DNA from: Escherichia phage DCP2
Reading direction: 5' to 3' (one strand)
DNA length: 64,000 nucleotides
Sequence record: OR780565.1
A program made the position numbers and the translations under genes. Shown in pieces: positions 12,824 to 23,270 of this stretch (position 1 is its first letter; every line of letters begins with the position of its first letter). Under the pieces are notes generated by a model. The model worked only from the letters and a program-made list of their open reading frames with translations, was not told the DNA's origin and ran no database searches.

Positions 12824-13381
12824 CTATGACCTCTCATACACATAGCTTCTTAATTTATTAGCCCAACGACTCCAATTTCCAACTATAGTTTTTGTGTAAT
12901 TTTTAACTAGAGTTTTTCTTACTGGAGCAGGAGGATCCGTCGGTTCAGTAGTATCAGAGGATGACCTAGAATTACTGCCAGAACCTCCAGATTCACTTTG
13001 TTCTTGGTAGTCATATATTAATGTTACTTCGTAAGTGAATGTCTTCTGGAGGTTTTGAGGAGCTTTCCATAAATACAACTGAGTATCAGAATCAGTAGGA
13101 AGTTCTTCCCATGAAGCAGCAGTTTTAAATTCATCGCCTAAACGATATTTCAACGCGTCATTTCCAAATCCAAACACAGATTCATATGTTCCGTATAAGC
13201 GATTTTCTTCTACTAAAACCCCAGGAGTTTCTTCGTAACTAGTTATATTTATAGATACTAACGTTTCACCTGTTTCTAATTGAGCGGTAAAGGTGACGTC
13301 GATAGAAGAACCTTCCATGGATTCTCCTAAATCAGCGCTCATTGGAAGTATATTAGCCAATGTCAATCCTCGATCCATCAA
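12824..13381 (-). CDS. Hypothetical protein in the gene 5.1 position
   Basis: 185-aa ORF between 5 and 5.4; synteny only. Confidence 0.55.
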
Positions 13382-15080
13382 TTGTGTATTGACCAGATGA
13401 AATAGAACTCATAGATGCCATTTTTTCTGTCCAATCACCACCAACGTCCCAATCAACTGTCCCAGCAACTTTCCAAGAAAGATTTCCATTTACTGTGTTA
13501 GTTTGATTTCCTTCAACTAAAGTGGTAGCATCTCCTTTAACTGTAATGTCAGCATTACCTTCAACTACAATAGTAACATTACCTTTAACTAGGATAGTTC
13601 CATTGCCTTCAACTGTCTTAGTTTCATCGCCACGTACAAATATTGTATTGCTTCCATCTATTTGGTGAAGACGATTATCCATGTTGTAATAAATTTCTGA
13701 TCCACCGACGTTAGTCTTTTTATCACCGGCTACCAAAAAATTACCATCAGCATTTGTTATATCATACAAATTATCAACAGTTTTTCTTGTTCTTCTTCCT
13801 GACGGTGATACTTCCTCATATGTTCCAGTCGGATGAACTAATCTGTATCGTTCTTGTCCCGGGGTATCGTCAAATTCCTGAATATGACCGCTTTCAGTTT
13901 CCATTGTGTGAACATACGGATATTCACCTTTATATGAAGAAACAGGTTCTTTGAATAAAATTCTTGAATCATTCGGAATAGGAGGATCGGCCGGGTCAGA
14001 AGACTTTACTACAGTAGCAGCCATTGCTGACAAAGACCTAGCTGGCGTTTTAACTTCAATACCGTATGATTCCAAATTCCCTGTAAGAATAATCATGGTA
14101 ACACGGGATGCACGGCCTTTTGTTTGTTGATACCACAATGAATCACGACCGGCTTTATATGCTTTTTCCCAATCTCCGGCTAACATAGCAGTTAACATTG
14201 TGTTAAATTTAGCTACGCCACCAACGCCCATTTGGAATGCCATATTTTCTAACGCCATTTGACGAGAACGATTAACTGCTTTCCAAACTGGGCCAACTTT
14301 AGAATGTGATTTAATGTCACGTTGCATATCAGCCAAATCGCGTTCAAATAAAGTTACCGCTTCTTCCATTGTAATAGAACCTGGATTTCCGGTAATTTCA
14401 CGACCAACTTGTTTTGATAAAACTTTATTAATTTGAGCCATATCACGAACTGGCTGCTTTATGATAAGATGACCAATACCAATTGTCGGATATCCTTCAG
14501 TATCCCAATAAACTTTTAGTCTTAATCCTTCATCACGGCGAAGCATGTCAGCCATTGACATATTTGGATTATCATCGGTTGGAATCTCTGATAGTGGTCT
14601 ATCATCGGGATTTATTGCAGTGTCTAAGTTACTATCTTGGATAATGTTAGAAGACGAATCATATCCTACTTCTCCGCCTTGGTTTAATACATTAGTATCA
14701 TTTCCTAGACGTCTAGGATACTGTCCAGTTGGGTCAGAAAATCCTTCAAGTCTATTAGGTTTTTCGCGAACTATTCCACCATACGTGCCAAGAACAATTC
14801 CGTTAGTTTTCCATTTGTCTAAAAAATGACCATAAACTCTAGTTCCTTCTACCGGACCAGTAACGGAGCCTCCAATTCCAGACATTGCTGCAGAAGTTAT
14901 AGGTTGAATAACTGACATCCATGGTAATTTATCAGTTGGAATACCCATTACATCGCCTTGTGCTCTTTGAGGTGGATGCAGACCAACTACACGAACACGA
15001 ACACGACCTAATTTTAATGGGTCCATTCTATCTTCAACAACACCAACAAACCAATTAAGGTTATTACTTATCATTTCCAT
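13353..15080 (-). CDS. 5: Baseplate central spike gp5 with tail lysozyme domain
   Basis: 575-aa ORF; lysozyme motif LRLKVYWDTEGYPTIGIGHLI; C-terminal VxGNxT beta-helix repeats. Confidence 0.9.
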   Translation of the reverse strand: MEMISNNLNWFVGVVEDRMDPLKLGRVRVRVVGLHPPQRAQGDVMGIPTDKLPWMSVIQPITSAAMSGIGGSVTGPVEGTRVYGHFLDKWKTNGIVLGTYGGIVREKPNRLEGFSDPTGQYPRRLGNDTNVLNQGGEVGYDSSSNIIQDSNLDTAINPDDRPLSEIPTDDNPNMSMADMLRRDEGLRLKVYWDTEGYPTIGIGHLIIKQPVRDMAQINKVLSKQVGREITGNPGSITMEEAVTLFERDLADMQRDIKSHSKVGPVWKAVNRSRQMALENMAFQMGVGGVAKFNTMLTAMLAGDWEKAYKAGRDSLWYQQTKGRASRVTMIILTGNLESYGIEVKTPARSLSAMAATVVKSSDPADPPIPNDSRILFKEPVSSYKGEYPYVHTMETESGHIQEFDDTPGQERYRLVHPTGTYEEVSPSGRRTRKTVDNLYDITNADGNFLVAGDKKTNVGGSEIYYNMDNRLHQIDGSNTIFVRGDETKTVEGNGTILVKGNVTIVVEGNADITVKGDATTLVEGNQTNTVNGNLSWKVAGTVDWDVGGDWTEKMASMSSISSGQYTIDGSRIDIG

Positions 15081-15654
15081 AAGATTTCTCCATTATACGT
15101 ATAAGGTCGTTCATAAATGAATTGATGTCTGATTTTGCTATTATTTTTATTTGACGAAGTTTTTCATTTTCAAGAACAGCAGCTTCATACGTATCGACCG
15201 CAGCAAGTGCTCCTTCATATTGAGGATATTTTCTAGCTTTATCGCCTTTGTCATACCAAACATATGGATTATCATCGTATGATATTAAATTATAAAATTT
15301 TTCACCATTCTCATTCACATGATATACTATTTGGTCTCCACCTACATTTTTGTATTTTTGTATAGATGCTTGATAAGCAGCTTCTTGCGAAGTAATCCAT
15401 CCATAATACGGATCATAATTATCATTACACATCAATAAAACCCAATACAACTGTGGATTTCCATATATAGCATTTGCTAATTCTTCCGGGCGTGGTGAAC
15501 CTTTAATATAATAAGTACGTAAACGGTATCCCGCAAGAGCGCGTTTGAAATAGTCTTTATAGTTTCTAAAAATATCTGTCATAGGAATAGTCGGCGCGTT
15601 TTTATTCACCGTTTTGGCCGCATATTCAATCGGATCAAAAAATGTAAAGAGCAT
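15064..15654 (-). CDS. 53: Baseplate wedge protein gp53
   Basis: 196-aa ORF, same length as T4 gp53; immediately upstream of gene 5. Confidence 0.75.
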   Translation of the reverse strand: MLFTFFDPIEYAAKTVNKNAPTIPMTDIFRNYKDYFKRALAGYRLRTYYIKGSPRPEELANAIYGNPQLYWVLLMCNDNYDPYYGWITSQEAAYQASIQKYKNVGGDQIVYHVNENGEKFYNLISYDDNPYVWYDKGDKARKYPQYEGALAAVDTYEAAVLENEKLRQIKIIAKSDINSFMNDLIRIMEKSYGNDK

Positions 15655-15667
15655 GGGCCCTCCTGTT

Positions 15668-15675
15668 TATAAATA
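15668..15675 (+). promoter_or_regulatory. Late promoter TATAAATA for gene 4
   Basis: Exact TATAAATA about 27 nt upstream of the gene 4 ATG. Confidence 0.55.
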
Positions 15676-15682
15676 TATTATC

Positions 15683-15690
15683 TATTTATA
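15683..15690 (-). promoter_or_regulatory. Late promoter TATAAATA (minus strand) for gene 53
   Basis: tatttata on plus strand is TATAAATA on minus, about 30 nt upstream of the gene 53 start. Confidence 0.5.
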
Positions 15691-15701
15691 AGGAGAATCC
15701 A

Positions 15702-16154
15702 ATGGCATATTCTGGAAAATGGGTTCCTAAAAATATATCAAAATATAGAGGTGACCCTAAAAAAATTACGTATAGATCAAATTGGGAAAAATTCTTTTTT
15801 GAATGGTTAGATAAAAATCCAGAAATTATTGCATGGGGTAGTGAAACAGCAGTAATTCCTTATTTTTGTAATGCAGAAGGGAAAAAACGTAGATACTTCA
15901 TGGATATTTGGATGAAAGATTCTTCTGGACAAGAATTTTTTATTGAAATAAAGCCTAAAAAAGAAACACAACCACCAATTAAACCAGCACATCTAACAAC
16001 CGCAGCGAAGAAAAGATTTATGAATGAAATTTATACATATTCCGTTAATACTGACAAATGGAAAGCAGCTCAAGCTTTAGCTGAAAAGCGTGGAATAAAA
16101 TTTAGAATTTTAACAGAAGATGGATTACGAGCTCTTGGCTTTAAGGGGGCATAA
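15702..16154 (+). CDS. 4: Head completion protein gp4
   Basis: 150-aa ORF; size and position match T4 gp4. Confidence 0.75.
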   Translation: MAYSGKWVPKNISKYRGDPKKITYRSNWEKFFFEWLDKNPEIIAWGSETAVIPYFCNAEGKKRRYFMDIWMKDSSGQEFFIEIKPKKETQPPIKPAHLTTAAKKRFMNEIYTYSVNTDKWKAAQALAEKRGIKFRILTEDGLRALGFKGA

Positions 16155-16981
16155 TGGCTATTTTTCAAATAATTAATGAAAGCACTCCCCAAGTTCCAAA
16201 GGTTAAGCAATCATTAAACGAAAAGAAATGGATTCAGATAGGTCTTGAATACAAAAAGGCCAAAGCAAAAGGAATGACAGGAAAGCAATTTGCTGAAGAA
16301 AGAGGAATCAAATACTCTACGTTTACTTCGGCAATGTCAAAATATGCTTCAGGAATTAAAACAGCTGAAAAGATTCAAAATCTTGAATCAAAACCAATGA
16401 ATAAACTCAATAAGCAAGAAAGACAACTGCTTATGATAAATTCATTCAGACAAACATTGCGTGATAAAATTCGTAATGAAGGCGCAGCAATTAATAATAA
16501 AACCAGAAAGTGGTTTGCTGAAACTATTAAGCAGGTAAAAGGACATAAAGTTGTTCGCCCGCAGCCGGGACGAATATATGCTTTTGCTTATGATGCTAAA
16601 CACAAGGAAACTCTTCCTTATTGGGATAAATTTCCTTTGATAATTTACCTTGGTTTAGGTAAACATAATTTAATGTACGGATTGAACTTGCACTATATTC
16701 CACCTAAAGCTCGTCAACAGTTTCTAGAAGAGCTTTTAAAGCAATATGCAAATACACCTACTATTACTAATAAAACGAAATTGAAAATTGATTGGAGTCA
16801 AGTGAAAGGATTTAGGGGTGCAGACCAAATGATTAAGGCATATATACCTGGTAATATTATGGGTAGCCTAGTTGAAATCGCCCCGAAAGACTGGGCGAAC
16901 GTTGTGTTAATGCCACTCCAAAGCTTCTACTCCAAAGGAAAACGTTTCTCTGCAAACAAAGTTTGGAGCAATGTACGATGA
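16154..16981 (+). CDS. 2: DNA end protector protein gp2
   Basis: 275-aa basic ORF; size and position match T4 gp2. Confidence 0.75.
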   Translation: MAIFQIINESTPQVPKVKQSLNEKKWIQIGLEYKKAKAKGMTGKQFAEERGIKYSTFTSAMSKYASGIKTAEKIQNLESKPMNKLNKQERQLLMINSFRQTLRDKIRNEGAAINNKTRKWFAETIKQVKGHKVVRPQPGRIYAFAYDAKHKETLPYWDKFPLIIYLGLGKHNLMYGLNLHYIPPKARQQFLEELLKQYANTPTITNKTKLKIDWSQVKGFRGADQMIKAYIPGNIMGSLVEIAPKDWANVVLMPLQSFYSKGKRFSANKVWSNVR

Positions 16982-17637
16982 ATTATGAAAAAATTTATAA
17001 TTCACTAATTGATAGGGCTCGCAATAGAGCCCTTACTGGATATAAAGAAAGACATCATATTATTCCGAAATGTTTAGGCGGTAGTAATGATGCTTCTAAC
17101 TTGGTTGATTTAACTCCAGAAGAGCATTATGTTGCACATCAACTATTAGTAAAAATACACCCAAATTCTTTAAAATTATCTTATGCGGCCATAAAAATGA
17201 CGGTTTCAACTAAATATGTTAGGAGAAATAATAAAGTTTATGGTTGGTTAAAAAGAAAACATGCAAATAATATTTCAAATACACAAACTGGACGAAAATA
17301 TTATAATAATGGTAAAAGATGTATAAAATTGCATGATGGAGATATAATTCCTGAGGGATTTATTTTAGGAAGAGGATGGAGTCCGACACAAGGCACAACT
17401 CATTCTAGAAAAAATGATACATTTAAAAACAAAAAGCTTCAATCTGCTTTAGCTAATAAACGGTGGGAAAAAGAAAAGAAAATAATGTTAGATAACTTTG
17501 GAGTTAGCACTATTGATGAAGCAAAGAAAATTGTTCTTGATTTTAAATCAACTTGTCATCCAAGATATTGGCGAAAGCCAACTTTAGAAAAATTTCCATT
17601 TATGACTTCTGCTCGTTTAAGAAGTCTAATAAATTAA
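16963..17637 (+). mobile_element. Free-standing HNH homing endonuclease-like gene between genes 2 and 3
   Basis: HNH motif ERHHIIPKCLGGSNDASNLVDLTPEEHYVAH; overlaps the 3' end of gene 2. Confidence 0.7.
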
Positions 17638-17743
17638 TTCTATTATCTTCCATTCTTTTCTATTGTTTGTTCTAATTGGAATTGAATGGAAGGGACTTAG
17701 ACCCATTATACCACCAACATTTATAAAGCATTATGAGGAATAT

Positions 17744-18274
17744 ATGTCACAAGCTCTGCAACAAATTTTTAACCAAGCAAATACAACTAACTTTGTAGTA
17801 TCAATACCACATAGTAATACTACATCTGCTTTTACTTTAAATGCTCAGTCAGTTCCTATTCCGGGAATTAGGATACCTGTTACTGATACCGTGACTGGGC
17901 CGTTTGGACTAGGCCGAGCACAGCGTCCAGGAGTTACATTTGAATACGACCCACTCATCGTGAGATTTATAGTTGATGAAGAGCTTAAGTCGTGGATAGG
18001 AATGTATGAATGGATGCTAGGAACTAGTAACTATCTTACAGGCGAAAATACTGCCCAAAAAACAGGTCCTGAATACATTACGCTTTACATTTTAGATAAT
18101 AGTAAAACTGAAATCGTGATGTCAATAAATTTTTATAAGCCCTGGGTTTCTGACCTGTCTGAAGTAGAATTTAGCTACACAGAAGATTCAGACCCAGCCT
18201 TAGTATGCACAGCAACGATTCCTTATACGTATTTTCAAGTAGAAAAAGATGGCAAAATTATAGCAGAAGTTTAA
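17744..18274 (+). CDS. 3: Tail completion / sheath stabiliser protein gp3
   Basis: ORF 17663-18274; internal Met gives 176 aa as T4 gp3; synteny. Confidence 0.7.
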   Translation: MSQALQQIFNQANTTNFVVSIPHSNTTSAFTLNAQSVPIPGIRIPVTDTVTGPFGLGRAQRPGVTFEYDPLIVRFIVDEELKSWIGMYEWMLGTSNYLTGENTAQKTGPEYITLYILDNSKTEIVMSINFYKPWVSDLSEVEFSYTEDSDPALVCTATIPYTYFQVEKDGKIIAEV

Positions 18275-18323
18275 TGCTTCAGTTTCATGTGTTATAATCT
18301 TAACTAAATTTGAGGAGAAACAT

Positions 18324-19048
18324 ATGAAACTAATCTTTTTAAGTGGTGTAAAGCGTAGTGGAAAAGATACTACCGCAGATTTTATCATGAATAATTATTC
18401 TGCAGTTAAATATCAACTTGCTGGTCCTATTAAAGATGCATTGGCTTATGCATGGGGTGTATTTGCAGCAAACACTGACTATCCTTGCTTAACTCGTAGA
18501 GAGTTTGAAGGAATTGACTATGATCGTGAGACTAATTTGAATTTGACTAAATTAGAAGTAATTATGATTATGGAACAAGCATTTTGCTATCTTAATGGTA
18601 AAAGCCCAATTAAAGGTGTGTTTGTTTTTGATGACGAAGGAAAAGAATCAGTTAATTTCGTAGCATTTAACAAAATTACTGACGTTATAAATAATATTGA
18701 AGATCAATGGTCAGTCCGTCGTCTGATGCAAGCCCTAGGTACGGATTTGATTGTTAATAACTTCGACCGCATGTACTGGGTAAAATTATTTGCTTTAGAT
18801 TATCTTGATAAATTTAACTCAGGTTATGATTATTATATCGTTCCTGATACCCGTCAAGATCATGAAATGGATGCGGCTAGGGCGATGGGTGCTACAGTAA
18901 TTCATGTAGTTCGTCCTGGTCAAAAATCCAATGATACACATATTACAGAAGCTGGATTGCCAATTCGTGATGGCGATTTAGTAATTACAAACGATGGTTC
19001 TCTTGAAGAACTTTTTTCTAAAATTAAAAATACACTAAAGGTACTATA

Positions 19049-19049
<1 letters not shown>
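18324..19049 (+). CDS. 1: Deoxynucleoside monophosphate kinase gp1
   Basis: 241 aa; P-loop GVKRSGKDT; N-terminus matches my recollection of T4 gp1. Confidence 0.9.
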
Positions 19050-19734
<685 letters not shown>

Positions 19735-19746
19735 TTTCACAAAGTT

Positions 19747-19776
19747 GTTTACATAGGGTTTTAGTTGTGATACTAT
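19747..19776 (+). promoter_or_regulatory. T4-type early promoter
   Basis: gtttac -35 and tgtgatactat extended -10 with about 18-nt spacing. Confidence 0.6.
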
Positions 19777-19810
19777 TACCCTATCAAAACAAAACCAAAT
19801 GGAAATCAAA

Positions 19811-20044
19811 ATGAAAACTTACCAAGAATTTATTGCTGAAACTGCTGATGTAAAAGTTGAGTTTATTTACACTGGCAAGAAAGATAAAATGGGTGAAATG
19901 CCTCATGGAGTTCTTCGTGATGCATTAGATAATTTCGGTCAACTCGCCGCAGAAGATTACGGTGATAAAATTGTTGTTACTGGTCCTGCTGCAGTTATTG
20001 AAAAATGGGCAGCAGAAAATAAATCAATTTTTCGTAAAAAATAA
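19811..20044 (+). CDS. ipI: Internal protein I-like (capsid-targeted, injected)
   Basis: N-terminal MKTYQEFIAE capsid-targeting leader; position between 57B and the tRNA region. Confidence 0.75.
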   Translation: MKTYQEFIAETADVKVEFIYTGKKDKMGEMPHGVLRDALDNFGQLAAEDYGDKIVVTGPAAVIEKWAAENKSIFRKK

Positions 20045-20075
20045 GTTTACTTTTAGATAGGGTAGTGATACTATT
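20045..20075 (+). promoter_or_regulatory. T4-type early promoter
   Basis: gtttac -35 and gtgatactat -10; shares the tgatactattaccctatc block with the 19747 and 39724 promoters. Confidence 0.6.
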
Positions 20076-20102
20076 ACCCTATCTACTACTGAGGAGAATA
20101 AA

Positions 20103-20288
20103 ATGAAACGTTGTGAATTAATTCGAAATGTTGCTATTGCAATTTCTGCTTCCGCTTTTAGTTTTTCAATGTTTGTTGGATTTATATGTGGATTATTGAC
20201 TACAGCAGAAAATGTGTTTTCACTTGTAGTAGCATTTTTAATTGGTTTAATTGCTATTGTTATGGATAAAATTTCTAAAGGTGAATAA
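20103..20288 (+). CDS. Small membrane protein
   Basis: 61-aa ORF with two hydrophobic segments; SD gaggag upstream. Confidence 0.45.
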   Translation: MKRCELIRNVAIAISASAFSFSMFVGFICGLLTTAENVFSLVVAFLIGLIAIVMDKISKGE

Positions 20289-20686
20289 TGAACGTTGAAT
20301 ATTATGTATATGCGGATTACGAAAATAATCCGTCTAAAGATGAAGATAATCGTTTAGGTGTAGATGCTTTCGATTCCCCTGCGGCGGCATGGCAATGGGT
20401 TGAAAGAACCGATATTCCTTACCGTTATATTGAAGTGGTTGACCACGCAGGAAACAAGTATCCTAAGGAAGCATATGTTGCTTCCGGGAAGGTAAATTTC
20501 CTTTTGTTTGCAGGTGATAATTATTATCCCCGTGGTGGGTATACCGATTTAATTGCTAAAGCATTCTCTGAAGATGAACTCCGTGACATTATCAAAGAAA
20601 ATGAAAACAAACCGATGGATTCTAATCGCTTTGATTGGTGGCAAATCGTAAATGCTAATACTCACACTATTGTTGATGAAGGCTGA
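20288..20686 (+). CDS. Hypothetical protein
   Basis: 132-aa ORF, ATGA-coupled to the upstream ORF. Confidence 0.5.
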   Translation: MNVEYYVYADYENNPSKDEDNRLGVDAFDSPAAAWQWVERTDIPYRYIEVVDHAGNKYPKEAYVASGKVNFLLFAGDNYYPRGGYTDLIAKAFSEDELRDIIKENENKPMDSNRFDWWQIVNANTHTIVDEG

Positions 20687-20688
20687 TA

Positions 20689-20976
20689 ATGATTCTTTAT
20701 GCGAAAGTATCATCCATTGAAAATGGATATAAATATGATCAAGACGCGGCTAAAGCTTTGATTGATGATTATGGCATTTTAACATGTTTTGAAGTTGAAA
20801 AGGTTTACATTGACCGTTCATCTTCTCAAGTTAAATTAGTGAAGGAAGAACGTAAATTTAATACAGTAAATTTTGATTTCTTTATTGAAACGGAAAAAGG
20901 TCCTCTTGAATATGATATTTTCAAGAATCCTTTGGGTCTTGAATGCATCGTAAATATGTATTATCATAAATGGTAA
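20689..20976 (+). CDS. Hypothetical protein
   Basis: 95-aa ORF immediately following the previous one. Confidence 0.5.
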   Translation: MILYAKVSSIENGYKYDQDAAKALIDDYGILTCFEVEKVYIDRSSSQVKLVKEERKFNTVNFDFFIETEKGPLEYDIFKNPLGLECIVNMYYHKW

Positions 20977-21042
20977 ATATGCTTTAAGAATTATTTGTTA
21001 TTATTAACTTATATCGCACTGATTAATACCCTCTATCATCAA

Positions 21043-21068
21043 GGGCTCTTTCCTGAGAGCCTTTGTTA
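21043..21068 (+). terminator. Rho-independent terminator-like hairpin
   Basis: ggctct-ttcctg-agagcc stem-loop followed by tttgtt. Confidence 0.4.
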
Positions 21069-21086
21069 ATAATTGGGAATCATATT

Positions 21087-21695
21087 ATGGATACTAAATT
21101 AGCTGAAATTTTTGAAGGAAAACATCCAAATTTTAGTACAGGAAAGCTGAAAGACAAAATAATAAAAGAAAATATTTTTCCATATGAGTGTGCAATTTGT
21201 AAAATTTCAAAATGGCAAAATAAGCATATTGTTCTGCAATTAGACCATATTGATGGAAATAACAAAAATCATCTTAAATCAAATTTAAGATTATTATGTC
21301 CAAATTGCCATTCGCAAACTGATACTTTTGCTGGTAAAAATATTAAAAATAATAAAAAGCGTTATAATGTTAGTGATGAAGAAATTTTAAACGCATTATT
21401 AAATTCGGCTACTATATCATCTGCAATTACTTCATTAGGTTTAAGTAAAGGCGGAAACTATAAAAGATTCATTAAAATTGCTAATGATAATAAATTATAT
21501 CATTTACTGGTAAATATTAATGAAAAGATTTTAACTGATGAAATTTACGAAGAATTAGTTAAAATCGATTATTCTAAATTTGGATGGGTTAGTAAAGCTG
21601 CTAAAATAATAGGTATAAGCCCACAAAAAGCTAGAAAATGGATAGAACGAAAATGTCCAGAATTGATAGAACAATCTTTTTCACGTAATAAATAA
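21087..21695 (+). mobile_element. Free-standing HNH homing endonuclease-like gene next to the tRNA array
   Basis: Cys-box plus HNH motif: CAICKI...LDHIDGNNKNH...NLRLLCPNCH. Confidence 0.7.
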
Positions 21696-21701
21696 TATAG
21701 A

Positions 21702-21788
21702 GCGAGAATGGTCAAATTGGTAAAGGCACAGCACTTAAAATGCTGCGGAATGATTTCCTTGTGGGTTCGAGTCCCACTTCTCGCACCA
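21702..21788 (+). tRNA. tRNA-Leu (anticodon TAA), CCA encoded
   Basis: Acceptor GCGAGAA/TTCTCGC, anticodon loop CTTAAAA, long variable arm, T-arm GGTTCGAGTCC. Confidence 0.85.
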
Positions 21789-21793
21789 AATTT

Positions 21794-21867
<74 letters not shown>

Positions 21868-21876
21868 ATTTAATTT

Positions 21877-21950
21877 ACTCCGTGTAGCTCAGTTTGGTAG
21901 AGCGCCTGATTTGGGATCAGGAGGTCCAAGGTTCAAATCCTTGTATGGAG
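21877..21950 (+). tRNA. tRNA-Pro (anticodon TGG)
   Basis: Anticodon stem-loop CCTGA-TTTGGGA-TCAGG, T-arm GGTTCAAATCC. Confidence 0.8.
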
Positions 21951-21952
21951 AC

Positions 21953-22043
21953 TGGAGGCGTGGCAGAGTGGTTTAATGCACCGGTCTTGAAAACCGGCAG
22001 TCGCTCCGGCGACTCATAGGTTCAAATCCTATCGCCTCCGCCA
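21953..22043 (+). tRNA. tRNA-Ser (anticodon TGA), CCA encoded
   Basis: Anticodon stem-loop CCGGT-CTTGAAA-ACCGG, long variable arm, T-arm GGTTCAAATCC. Confidence 0.85.
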
Positions 22044-22048
22044 GTTTT

Positions 22049-22124
22049 GCTGATTTAGCTCAGTAGGTAGAGCAACTCACTTGTAATGAGAAGGTCGGCG
22101 GTTCGATTCCGTCAATCAGCACCA
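22049..22124 (+). tRNA. tRNA-Thr (anticodon TGT), CCA encoded
   Basis: Acceptor GCTGATT/AATCAGC, anticodon loop CTTGTAA, T-arm GGTTCGATTCC. Confidence 0.85.
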
Positions 22125-22125
22125 A

Positions 22126-22200
22126 GGCCCTGTAGCTGGAAGGTTCAAGCAAGCGACTCATAATCGCCAGATGGTGGTTCAATTCCACCCAGGGCCACCA
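22126..22200 (+). tRNA. tRNA with anticodon CAT (Ile by analogy with T4, or Met), CCA encoded
   Basis: Acceptor GGCCCTG/CAGGGCC, anticodon loop CTCATAA, T-arm GGTTCAATTCC. Confidence 0.8.
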
Positions 22201-22209
22201 AATTAATTT

Positions 22210-22296
22210 GGGGAGTTATCCCGTAGAGGTAGCGGTGTGGACTGTAAATCCATTGTCATTGCGACTCGGGTGGTTCGACTCCACCACTCCCCACCA
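22210..22296 (+). tRNA. tRNA-Tyr (anticodon GTA), CCA encoded
   Basis: Acceptor GGGGAGT/ACTCCCC, anticodon loop CTGTAAA, long variable arm, T-arm GGTTCGACTCC. Confidence 0.8.
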
Positions 22297-22300
22297 ATTT

Positions 22301-22375
22301 GGATGTGTAGCTCAATGGCAGAGCGATCGCCTGTTAAGCGATTGGTTATAGGTTCGAATCCTATCACGTCCGCCA
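22301..22375 (+). tRNA. tRNA-Asn (anticodon GTT), CCA encoded
   Basis: Anticodon stem-loop TCGC-CTGTTAA-GCGA, T-arm GGTTCGAATCC. Confidence 0.85.
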
Positions 22376-22489
22376 AATTTGTGACAACTGTCACATTAAT
22401 ATCTACTTGACGCGATTATAGGGGTTGAACTGATCACTCTTCTCTTAATTTCGTGTGAAGACATCTTGATTGTTGGAGTAGGTATTAAT

Positions 22490-22565
22490 GTGGCCGTAGT
22501 TCAGTTGGTAGAACTCGAGATTGTGATTCTCGTAGTCATGGGTTCGACTCCCATCGGTCACCCCA
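22490..22565 (+). tRNA. tRNA-His (anticodon GTG), CCA encoded
   Basis: Extra 5' G pairing with discriminator C, anticodon stem-loop CGAGA-TTGTGAT-TCTCG, T-arm GGTTCGACTCC. Confidence 0.8.
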
Positions 22566-22569
22566 ATTA

Positions 22570-22645
22570 CGGGGCATAGCTCAGAAGGAAGAGCAAGGAC
22601 CTTCTAAGTCCTAGGTCGTAGGTTCGATCCCTACTGCCTCGACCA
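22570..22645 (+). tRNA. tRNA-Arg (anticodon TCT), CCA encoded
   Basis: Anticodon stem-loop GGAC-CTTCTAA-GTCC, T-arm GGTTCGATCCC. Confidence 0.85.
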
Positions 22646-22663
22646 ATTATAAGTGAGGAAAAT

Positions 22664-23014
22664 ATGAAAGGTAATGTTTATTTAGTAGTTCATGATTTAA
22701 CATTCTATTTTAATCATAATGATACTGTTATTTCTGAACGTGTAATTAATTTGCTTTATCAGCATGCAGATTATGTTTATGTCGAAAACGAATATGGTCA
22801 TTGGCAATTTCTCAAAAATCGTTCATTTGGTTTAGATGGTTACGAATATTTTGATCGTAAAGACCTTTTAGATACAATTCCGTTATCTACACAATATCAA
22901 AATCATAAGTCTTTACATAAATGCCGGCTAATTCGAAATGCTGAATCCGCGTATGAAGCAATTGATTTGTGGCGTAAACGCCGTGAATATATTGATTCTT
23001 TAAAAGAATATTAA
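22664..23014 (+). CDS. Hypothetical protein
   Basis: 116-aa ORF with SD gaggaaaat upstream, directly after tRNA-Arg. Confidence 0.5.
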   Translation: MKGNVYLVVHDLTFYFNHNDTVISERVINLLYQHADYVYVENEYGHWQFLKNRSFGLDGYEYFDRKDLLDTIPLSTQYQNHKSLHKCRLIRNAESAYEAIDLWRKRREYIDSLKEY

Positions 23015-23178
23015 GAAACCGGGTCGCTACCGGTAAGTCGTCGGACTGATGTTCCCTGGAGTATAGTTTCCTCCCACAGTTTTACTGTGTTCTGGCTCTT
23101 TACTATCACAGCAGAAACGGCGCACCGAATTATCGATTCGAGGAAATATCTTTGCCGTAAGCCGAGTAGCGTTTTTGA

Positions 23179-23270
23179 CGGAACGTTCGGATATGGTCGA
23201 GATATGGCCTTTTAAAAATATTGAGTAGCGTCAACTACTTAATAACCGGGTTCGAATCCCGGCGTTTCGT
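23179..23270 (+). ncRNA. Candidate tRNA-like structured RNA in a GC-rich non-coding stretch
   Basis: Canonical T-arm CCGGG-TTCGAAT-CCCGG; flanks CGGAACG/CGTTTCG can form a 7-bp acceptor stem; no clean D or anticodon arm found. Confidence 0.25.

Noticed and set aside
1613-14829. Short ORFs on the opposite strand inside the baseplate/tail genes (1613-1801, 2512-2760, 3177-3455, 4457-4678, 6129-6314, 6763-7098, 7536-7742, 8355-8744, 10816-11013, 12596-12814, 12615-12809, 13754-13954, 14545-14829)
   Set aside because: Each lies entirely antisense within a long, size- and synteny-supported structural gene; none has a plausible ribosome-binding site or promoter, so they are treated as chance ORFs.
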